Positions 48,087-59,064 of a DNA stretch of 59,064 bases are shown piece after piece. Origin of the DNA: Nanobdellota archaeon. GTDB lineage: Archaea; Nanobdellota; Nanobdellia; UBA10117; ARS21. A program made the translations under genes and the position numbers. The notes below the pieces were generated by a model. It saw only the letters and a list, made by a program, of their open reading frames with translations. It was not told the origin of the DNA and made no database searches. The DNA lies in NCBI GenBank assembly GCA_014239585.1, contig JAAZYP010000002.1, positions 1 to 59,064 on the forward strand. The letters run 5' to 3'. The first letter of the stretch is position 1. Each line of letters starts with the position of its first letter.

Positions 48087-49244
48087 ATGAGTCAAGTCGC
48101 ATTTTCCGTTGCTGCAATTGGTTTAATCTTGTTGTTGGGTGTTTTACTTAAACTTTTATCAGAAAGAAGAGGGTACCCATTAACACTATTTTTGTTACTT
48201 CTTGGAATAATAGTTGGGCCAGTTTTAGGATGGTTTAAACCAGCAGAGAGTTTGACATCCGTAAGTTCATTTATTACATTGGCACTAATATTGGTTCTTT
48301 TTGATGCAGGAATGGGTATGGATTTAAAAAAAATATCTAAAAGTTTTGCAGCACCATTTGCATATGGAACTATCACAGCAATATTAACTGTGATTTTTGT
48401 TGCAGTTATTTTCAAACTATTATTGGGATTAGAGTGGGTTTTTGCACTTCTTCTCGGAAGTTTATTAGCATCAACAGATCTAACTATCATTTCACCAATT
48501 TTCAGAAACTTGAAAGTTCGACCAAAATTAAGAGAATATATTGAAATTGAATCATCAGTAAATTCAATTTTGGCAGCAGTGATGGTTGTTGTATTAATCA
48601 ACTTCATCAATACTGGAACCCAATTATCATTTTCAATTAATGTCTTGAGTGAAGGAATTCAAACGCTGCTTTACAATATTTTTGTTGGAGCAGGTCTCGG
48701 AGTTATGCTAGGATATGCAATATTAAAATTTATTAAACGATTAACAATGGGCGAAATGCCACATATTGTTATGTTCGGTGCATTGTTTTTCACTTATGCG
48801 CTTTCCGAAATTCTCGGGGCATCAGGAATCGCAACAGCATTGGCAGTCGGTATAGTTTTTGGAAATTCAAGACTTAAAGTCCCAAGTATTATCAAATCTT
48901 TCGGTGGAGAAATGGAATTAATTTTAGTGACATTTGTTTATGTTATTTTGGGAGCAATAATTAGTTTCGAAGTTATGAAGACTGCAATTTTGCCAGCGAT
49001 ATTATTAATCGGGGTAGTTTATTTGGCGAGATTTGTCGCAACAAAATATTTTGCAAGTCAATTTCAACAATATAATAAATTTTTAGTTCTAAGTTCACCG
49101 AGAGGAATTACCTGTGCAGTTTTGACTTTAAATTACGCAAATCTTTTTCCAAATCCTGAGTTGATTATCGGGTTGGTTTTCTCAGTAGTATTAGTTAGTT
49201 CATTTTCAATGTTTGCATTACCAAAAACGCTTGCTGTGAAGTAA
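48087..49244 (+). CDS. cation:proton antiporter (Na+/H+ exchanger family)
   Basis: 385 aa, about 11 TM. Typical LFDAG and ASTD motifs (LILVLFDAGMGMD, LLASTDLTIISP). Confidence 0.85.
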   Translation: MSQVAFSVAAIGLILLLGVLLKLLSERRGYPLTLFLLLLGIIVGPVLGWFKPAESLTSVSSFITLALILVLFDAGMGMDLKKISKSFAAPFAYGTITAILTVIFVAVIFKLLLGLEWVFALLLGSLLASTDLTIISPIFRNLKVRPKLREYIEIESSVNSILAAVMVVVLINFINTGTQLSFSINVLSEGIQTLLYNIFVGAGLGVMLGYAILKFIKRLTMGEMPHIVMFGALFFTYALSEILGASGIATALAVGIVFGNSRLKVPSIIKSFGGEMELILVTFVYVILGAIISFEVMKTAILPAILLIGVVYLARFVATKYFASQFQQYNKFLVLSSPRGITCAVLTLNYANLFPNPELIIGLVFSVVLVSSFSMFALPKTLAVK

Positions 49245-49273
49245 GTTGATAAATTTCAAAAGTCGAACAACAA

Positions 49274-49284
49274 GTTTTATAAAT
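49274..49284 (+). promoter_or_regulatory. candidate TATA box of the rRNA operon
   Basis: GTTTTATAAAT lies about 185 nt upstream of the 16S 5' end. It resembles the TTTTAAA/TTTATAA boxes seen about 25-30 nt upstream of many genes here. Confidence 0.4.
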
Positions 49285-49468
49285 CAGATTATTTTAGAGA
49301 AGGTTAGTCAGTTAAGTCTGACATTTCTGTGAAGGCATAGCCGGAGAGTGCTCAATATGAGCAAAAGTGTATGCCAGTTACAACAATTGGCATTAAGTAG
49401 ATGATCTAACCTAAGTAGTGAGATATTCAACAACTATTCCAAAAAAAGATAATTAGGATTTAAAATTA

Positions 49469-50935
<1,467 letters not shown>

Positions 50936-50995
50936 TTTATGAGGGCGCTTACGGGCGCCCTTATAGAACTTTATATTCATAGATTAGATCATCAC

Positions 50996-51069
50996 GGGCT
51001 TGTAGCTCAATTTGGTAGAGCGCCTGCTTTGCAAGCAGGAGGTTAGGTGTTCAAATCACTTCAAGTCCA
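50996..51069 (+). tRNA. tRNA-Ala (UGC) in the 16S-23S spacer
   Basis: Acceptor GGGCTTG/CAAGTCC with the G3:U70 pair. Anticodon arm CCTGC-TTTGCAA-GCAGG. Confidence 0.93.
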
Positions 51070-51236
51070 TTGTTACTTTGTAAAAGGTAACAAGAGGAGC
51101 AAGTTTCCGTAACTTGTCTCTAATGAGTTCTAGGAACTCATCTCGAAAGAGAAAAAATTGCGATCAAGAAGTTATTCTTGGTTAAGGTAAATCACCAAAA
51201 ATAGTAAGTTGAATAATAAGATTATTTTTTATTATC

Positions 51237-54067
<2,831 letters not shown>

Positions 54068-54137
54068 TACTATATTTGGTGATTTACCTACCACTTTTTT
54101 TGAAAACATTTATCAATTACTAACCGTAATTATATTT

Positions 54138-54326
54138 ATGAAGTTAAATTTGAAAAAAGATTTACCTATGATTTTGATAGCGGCAGCTCTTGTATATATT
54201 ATAGATTATGTAATTTTGAATCCGTTGGAAATGCTACCTACAGCAGAATTTGCTATCGACGTAGTATTGTTTTATGTATTTTTCAAAACAATAAAATCTG
54301 AAGTTCCTCGACGAAGAAAACGTTAA
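54138..54326 (+). CDS. small membrane protein (hypothetical)
   Basis: 62 aa, two hydrophobic helices, basic C-terminus PRRRKR. Confidence 0.35.
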   Translation: MKLNLKKDLPMILIAAALVYIIDYVILNPLEMLPTAEFAIDVVLFYVFFKTIKSEVPRRRKR

Positions 54327-54511
54327 TCTAAGTGTATGATACTTCGAGTTACAATTAATATGATTAGACCGAAAATTAGAGATACAGTCATACTGGCAAC
54401 TTGATTACTTGGAATCAAATATAAATCCATTAATCCCCACGCGCCTCTCCAAAAAAATACAAATGCTGTGGCAACGAGTATGGTATGCAAGGGTCCATCT
54501 TTAAGCATCAT
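54323..54511 (-). CDS. small membrane protein (hypothetical)
   Basis: 62 aa, two TM helices. Preceded by a 36-aa ORF (54508-54618) that overlaps it through ATGA. Confidence 0.35.
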   Translation of the reverse strand: MMLKDGPLHTILVATAFVFFWRGAWGLMDLYLIPSNQVASMTVSLIFGLIILIVTRSIIHLD

Positions 54512-54690
54512 TTTTTTCTGGATCGTTCAATGGCTTTCAATTGTCTCATTGGCAAAAAGTATTTCCAAACTTTATGTTCTTCGTAACCAATCAATTTCTT
54601 AACTAAATCTTGCCACATGGCTAAATAACTACATTTTACTATAAAACGCTTTAGCCAAAATGCTTTTAAACCGCAAATCAACCCTCAAAC

Positions 54691-55003
54691 TAACGCAGAG
54701 AGACAGACTATCGGTGAATCATAAATGGTTTTGGCAAAGCTTTTTGCTTAACTTAGCCAACAAAAGATTTACTGTGGAAAGTCCACCCACTCGCGAAGTC
54801 CAGCGCAAGCGTGCTTTAATCGGCTCGTCTGGCAACAGAAACGAACTGCTCTGTTCGTATGATGACGCTTCGGCTGAAGTTGTACAGAGTAAGGTGAAAT
54901 AGGGTCAGACTGGATGAGTGCAAGGCGTATGCCGCTAAGTCGAATGTCTGTATTCGCTGTCCGCATCGGAGCGAAACAAAAGGTGGCTTATATCTCTGCG
55001 TTA
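54691..55003 (+). ncRNA. rnpB: RNase P RNA (archaeal type A-like)
   Basis: P1 pairing TAACGCAGAGA (54691-54701) with TCTCTGCGTTA (54993-55003). CR-I GTGGAAAGTCCACCC, CR-II ACAGAAACG, CR-III AGTAAGGTGAAATAGGGT, CR-V AACAAAAGGTGGCTTAT. Locally GC-rich. Confidence 0.85.
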
Positions 55004-55025
55004 ACCTTTTTCATAAAAAGGTTAA
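55001..55025 (+). terminator. perfect 11-bp hairpin at the 3' end of RNase P RNA
   Basis: TTAACCTTTTT-CAT-AAAAAGGTTAA. Includes a T5 run of the kind archaeal RNAP uses to terminate. Confidence 0.3.
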
Positions 55026-55092
55026 TCAAAAACGAAAGTTTTCAAAAAACATTTTCCGAGCAATTTTTAAACAATTATTTCTGTTTTCTCAT

Positions 55093-55248
55093 ATGGCTAA
55101 GAAAGATAAAGTTCGATTACCATCCTCACAAGGAGGGATAGTTAGTTACGGAGACAGCGAAGATTCGTTTATCCAAATTAAACCGACAACAGTTATGAGC
55201 TATGTTATCGCAATCACAATTTTAGCTATTCTCGCTCGGTTAATATGA
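55093..55248 (+). CDS. preprotein translocase subunit Sec61-beta (SecG)-like
   Basis: 51 aa found by manual translation: MAKKDKVRLPSSQGGIVSYGDSEDSFIQIKPTTVMSYVIAITILAILARLI. The basic N-terminus, P-S-S-x-G-G-[ILV] motif and single C-terminal TM anchor match Sec61-beta. Confidence 0.65.
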   Translation: MAKKDKVRLPSSQGGIVSYGDSEDSFIQIKPTTVMSYVIAITILAILARLI

Positions 55249-55258
55249 AAATGGTTTC

Positions 55259-56053
55259 ATGGAACCGCTTCAGAGGAGACGAGAAATGACATCAAAATTA
55301 AAAATCATTTCTTGGAATGTAAATGGCATTCGGGCAGTTCTAAAGAAAAATTTTATTGAATTTGTATCAAAAGAAAATCCAGATATTTTATGTATTCAGG
55401 AAACCAAAGCACATCCTGATCAAGTTGATGAAGTATTACATGATTATGAACATCATTTTTGGAATTCGGCAGATAAAAAAGGATATTCTGGAACAGCAAT
55501 TTTTTCCAAGAAAAAACCATTGAATGTAAGTTATGGTGGAGGTATTACTGAAGGCGATAGTGAAGGCCGAATAATCACATTAGAATTCGATAAATTCTTT
55601 TTAGTTAACGTTTATACTATGAATGCTCAACGAGGTTTAGCTCGAATCGAACCCCGAAAAAAGTGGGACAAATCTTTTTTGAAGTATCTTAAAAGTTTAG
55701 AGAAAACAAAGCCCGTTGTGACTTGCGGAGATTTGAACGTTGCTCACAAAGAAATAGATTTAGCGCGTCCAAAACAAAATATGAAAAATGCAGGTTTTAG
55801 TCCAGAGGAAAGATCAGGTTTTGATAAATATATCTCTAACGGATTCATCGATACTTTCAGACTTTTCAATGATAAACCCGAACAATATTCGTGGTGGAGT
55901 TATAGATTTAGCGCACGACAGAAAAATATTGGATGGCGAATTGACTATTTTTTGACATCAGAAAAATTAAAATCAAAGATAGAAAATTCACAAATTTTGA
56001 GTGATGTGATGGGTTCAGATCATGCACCAGTTAAATTAGTGTTAAATATATAA
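55259..56053 (+). CDS. xth: exodeoxyribonuclease III / AP endonuclease
   Basis: ISWNVNG, CIQETK, GDLNVAH and SDHAPV motifs. The more likely start is ATG 55286 (MTSKLKIISWN). Confidence 0.93.
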   Translation: MEPLQRRREMTSKLKIISWNVNGIRAVLKKNFIEFVSKENPDILCIQETKAHPDQVDEVLHDYEHHFWNSADKKGYSGTAIFSKKKPLNVSYGGGITEGDSEGRIITLEFDKFFLVNVYTMNAQRGLARIEPRKKWDKSFLKYLKSLEKTKPVVTCGDLNVAHKEIDLARPKQNMKNAGFSPEERSGFDKYISNGFIDTFRLFNDKPEQYSWWSYRFSARQKNIGWRIDYFLTSEKLKSKIENSQILSDVMGSDHAPVKLVLNI

Positions 56054-56129
56054 TACATACTTAGTATGTACTAATATTCTAAGATAAGCAGGAATACTTA
56101 AATATATGTACAAGCTAATTTAGCTAGAC

Positions 56130-56264
56130 ATGTCTAAAGAACGAATAACTATAACTATCGATAAGAAACTTTTGAAGTGGCTCGACACTCAAGTCAGATC
56201 TAAAAAATTTGCAAATAGAAGCCACGTACTTGAGTTTTTAGCATCGAAAGGAGGTAATAAATGA
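56130..56264 (+). CDS. ribbon-helix-helix (CopG/Arc-like) DNA-binding protein
   Basis: 44 aa found by manual translation: MSKERITITIDKKLLKWLDTQVRSKKFANRSHVLEFLASKGGNK. Beta-strand ITITID followed by two helices. ATGA overlap with the next ORF. Confidence 0.55.
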   Translation: MSKERITITIDKKLLKWLDTQVRSKKFANRSHVLEFLASKGGNK

Positions 56265-59064
56265 CAAAACCAAATTTTAATTTGGGAAATTCATTAATTA
56301 TTTTCGCCTCATTAGCGATGTTCATATCGGTAATGTCCTTAAATGCTGGTTATTCAAATGTCCAAGGGTTTGCAACTGCAGAAGATACAAATTTTTCAGA
56401 ATATACTCAATTACATGCGGAAATAAACAAACCAGTTACTTGGATAAAAACTGATACTCAACAAACGGTTGAGACAAAACCTCCTGAAGTTGTCGAAACG
56501 GATACCTCGGAAGTAGACGGTAAAATGCAAAAAAAAATCACCGTCTCTTCTGATATCCACTATGAAAATATTTTGACTTATGCTTCAGTTCCAGAATTAC
56601 TTCCTGAACAAGTAAAACTCTACTGGATGATTGAAGGAGTCAAAACTGATGTCACAGAACGTGAAGATTTCAACGTGACATTTTATGATGAAAATTCAGA
56701 TAGTTTTATTGACAAAATTTCATGGATTACACCTCATCTTTCTGAGCAAGAATTCATTCTTGAATTTGATATAACTGTTATTAATCCGTGGGAGTATGGA
56801 ACTTCCGGCGGAGATTGGATAGTTTATTTCAATACCACTGGAACTGGAACACTAAATATTACAAAGGACGCATTATCAAATCAAGTCTTAACGTTTAATT
56901 ATCTTAAATGTGGAGAAACCATACTCTACTCGTCTATCGGAGAATATTCATACATTATTGAAAACTATTCTTGTTCCGAAATTGCAGAAATATCACACAC
57001 TATTGGAGAAATGCCTCCCGGAGTATTCGGAATGCAATTTGATTTTGGTAATGATCTGAATCATGATGTGGATTTTGCATATGATCCGGTTCCAGATCCA
57101 GATAGTGATGGCGACGGATTAACGGATTTTGATGAGACAGTATTCGCACTATCTTGTAATGGTGTGGCTTCAGATCCAGGAAATCCAAATGCTCCAAATC
57201 TTGGAGGAGGCGCATGTGCAGTTTTAGCTGCAGGACAGTGTGCAAACAAGAGAGGACACTCAATCGCTGATGCAGACGGAGATTGTTTATCTAGTGAATA
57301 TGAGACTTATGGAACAGGCACTTCCGATTCTAACGCAGATAATGACGGAGGAGGAGAATGTGATTATGATGAAGTCATTAATGGAAGAGATCCAAATAGT
57401 GCAGGAGATGATCAACCAGGAGCATGTAGTAGCGGAGGCGGAGGACCCACTTATCCAACTTGGTCAACAGCACCAACTTGTTCAGCAGTAAATTCAAATT
57501 CAGGTGCAACTGTTTGCGATGCTAATTTAAATGATGCACCAGGCGGAGAATGTGACGTTGATGGAGGCGGAGCTCCGGGTTTTTTTACTATCGAGGCAGA
57601 AAATACTTCCGAAGTAGATTGTGCAGTAACCACATCCCTCACAATAACGCCTGCCTTAAACTTTTTTGGCACAGCAAGTTGTACGGTAAGATGTGGCGAT
57701 GGATTAGGAGGAACAGCTGATTCAGTTGTATCAATTACAGTAAATAACCAAGTACCTACACATGTAACGCCAACTATTGCTCCCACAAGCCCCGTTCCTG
57801 CGGACGCTTTGACTGCAACAGCTCAAAGTGTTGCCGATCCAGAATCGCAACCAGTCACAGCAATTTTTGACTGGAGGAAAGAAACAGTTTCCATTGCAAA
57901 ATTAAATGCCCAATTTGATACTAATTCATCATCTGCGATAAAGGATTATTCTTCTTTAAATAATGAATTTACAAATAGCGGTGCAGACTGGAAGGGTGTC
58001 AGTACGTGTGGTCTGAGCGGAGGTTGTTACGATTTAACAAAAATAAGTTCAACAAGCGGAGATTATCTTTACCGAGCAGATGATTCTGATTTTGACGGGA
58101 TGTCTGCAATTTCCGCATGTTTATGGATAAAACCAGACTCCACATTAACTGATAATACTTATTTTATTACTAAAGGAAATGCATTCAAATTATATTATCA
58201 ATCAGGATTAGGTGTGAGATGGGGGTTGGATCAAGCAGGAGGATATGCCGCCGCCACATTTACTGGAGGTAGCTGGCATCATGTTTGTGGTACATGGGAT
58301 ACCGTCACAGATGTGCAGAAAATATATGTGAATGGTAATTTAGTAAGCACTGACGCAAGAAACCTGACGACTACAGGAAGTAATGGATATCAAATAAGAA
58401 TTGGAGCATCACATCAGTCGTATTACTGGCCGATGGATGGTTTAGTTGATGGCGCTCAAATATATGATGTTGCTCTTACTGCGGATCAAATCACAGCAAT
58501 GTATGGGAGTGGTACCCCAACGTATCAAGTAATTGATAGTTCAATGACGTCTCTTAATGAGAATTGGACTGTGGCAGTCACACCAAGTGATGCTGTCCAA
58601 GATGGATCGACATTAGTATCATCCAATTCAAATATTGGTGCTCCGAATACGGCTCCATCAGATATAACTCCGAATTCAATTAGTGTAAATGAAAATTCAG
58701 CCGGAGGAACAACAGTAGGAACACTTTCTGCAACAGATTCTGAGGGCGGATCTATGATTTGGAGCGAATTAACCGGAGGTAATGGTGAACATTTGTTTCA
58801 AATCGCTAGTTCAACAGGAGTGGTCACAGTTACCAGTAGCGACACTTTGAATTATGAAAGCAGTACAAGTTGGACTTATGAAGTTCGAGTTGAAGATTCA
58901 GGAGGATTAACTTATGATGAAAATATTACGGTTAATATCAATAACGTGAATGAAGCACCAGTTTGGGCATCAGCAATCGCAGATGAGACAGTTAATGCAG
59001 ATTCATCATCCGCGAGTGTTGATTCAGATTTAACTAATGCAACCGGAGGAGGGCAATGTACAGA
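56261..59064 (+). CDS. giant secreted surface protein (partial, runs off the window) with TSP3-like Ca-binding repeats, LamG/ConA-like lectin and cadherin-like domains
   Basis: I read the frame codon by codon and it is open from ATG 56261 to the window end (934 codons). Signal/TM segment LIIFASLAMFISVMSL. DPDSDGDGLTDFDE, DADGDCLSSEYE and NADNDGGGECDYDE repeats. LamG-like LWIKPDS...WHHVCGTWD...IYVNG...IRIGA...IYDVALTADQI. Cadherin-like ISVNENSAGGTTVGTLSATD...YEVRVEDSGGL...NVNEAP. Confidence 0.85.
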   Translation, partial: MTKPNFNLGNSLIIFASLAMFISVMSLNAGYSNVQGFATAEDTNFSEYTQLHAEINKPVTWIKTDTQQTVETKPPEVVETDTSEVDGKMQKKITVSSDIHYENILTYASVPELLPEQVKLYWMIEGVKTDVTEREDFNVTFYDENSDSFIDKISWITPHLSEQEFILEFDITVINPWEYGTSGGDWIVYFNTTGTGTLNITKDALSNQVLTFNYLKCGETILYSSIGEYSYIIENYSCSEIAEISHTIGEMPPGVFGMQFDFGNDLNHDVDFAYDPVPDPDSDGDGLTDFDETVFALSCNGVASDPGNPNAPNLGGGACAVLAAGQCANKRGHSIADADGDCLSSEYETYGTGTSDSNADNDGGGECDYDEVINGRDPNSAGDDQPGACSSGGGGPTYPTWSTAPTCSAVNSNSGATVCDANLNDAPGGECDVDGGGAPGFFTIEAENTSEVDCAVTTSLTITPALNFFGTASCTVRCGDGLGGTADSVVSITVNNQVPTHVTPTIAPTSPVPADALTATAQSVADPESQPVTAIFDWRKETVSIAKLNAQFDTNSSSAIKDYSSLNNEFTNSGADWKGVSTCGLSGGCYDLTKISSTSGDYLYRADDSDFDGMSAISACLWIKPDSTLTDNTYFITKGNAFKLYYQSGLGVRWGLDQAGGYAAATFTGGSWHHVCGTWDTVTDVQKIYVNGNLVSTDARNLTTTGSNGYQIRIGASHQSYYWPMDGLVDGAQIYDVALTADQITAMYGSGTPTYQVIDSSMTSLNENWTVAVTPSDAVQDGSTLVSSNSNIGAPNTAPSDITPNSISVNENSAGGTTVGTLSATDSEGGSMIWSELTGGNGEHLFQIASSTGVVTVTSSDTLNYESSTSWTYEVRVEDSGGLTYDENITVNINNVNEAPVWASAIADETVNADSSSASVDSDLTNATGGGQCT

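Noticed and set aside
48092-48610. 172-aa minus-strand ORF
   Set aside because: It is antisense to the Na+/H+ antiporter gene, which has a coherent TM pattern and family motifs. The antisense product has none.
54068-54690. Searched downstream of the 23S for a 5S rRNA gene
   Set aside because: The region is AT-rich and occupied by small membrane-protein ORFs. There is no GC-rich segment of about 120 nt with 5S-like helices.
54660-54966. Overlapping ORFs of 80 aa (+) and 65 aa (-)
   Set aside because: The region carries the RNase P RNA conserved regions and a closing P1 helix, so it is non-coding.
57000-57786. Minus-strand ORFs (57000-57263, 57061-57249, 57451-57786) and plus-strand 57240-57491
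   Set aside because: They are embedded in the continuous 934-codon surface-protein frame, which has clear domain signatures. The alternative frames give Pro/His/Gln-rich nonsense.

Overview
Strongly AT-rich, very gene-dense archaeal chromosome segment; many neighbouring genes overlap by 1-17 nt (ATGA/TAATG junctions). Archaeal identity rests on the PolD DP1/DP2 subunits, Topo VI A/B, two Cdc6/Orc1 genes, RadA/RadB, aIF1A, a 16S-tRNAAla-23S operon with an archaeal-type 16S 5' end, an archaeal-type RNase P RNA and an intron-containing tRNA. The small proteins, the divergent 16S universal sites, a bacterial-type MetK and a giant secreted LamG/cadherin protein suggest a DPANN-like reduced genome; this is inference. 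There are about 65 CDS, 6 tRNAs, one rRNA operon without a linked 5S gene, RNase P RNA and no CRISPR array. The window is dominated by replication, recombination and repair genes. These are PolD DP2 and DP1, Cdc6 x2, PolB, split Hef, Topo IA, RadB, RadA, RPA, a HerA-like ATPase, a RecJ/GAN-like DHH protein, Topo VI, ExoIII and a Cas4-like nuclease. The most interesting items follow. (1) A putative oriC with inverted ORB elements around an AT-rich spacer upstream of cdc6, plus a satellite pair of perfect 42-bp ORB-bearing repeats 4.5 kb away. (2) Those repeats sit next to a Cas4/Dna2-like Fe-S nuclease that is translationally coupled to PolD DP2. (3) A histone-fold protein is translationally coupled to PolB. 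(4) A HerA-like/RPA/RadA operon. (5) Unusual tRNAs: Ile-UAU with an intron and an apparent Leu-AAG. (6) An RHH gene coupled to a giant adhesin-like ORF. All functional calls come from motif recognition by eye, and no database search was run.
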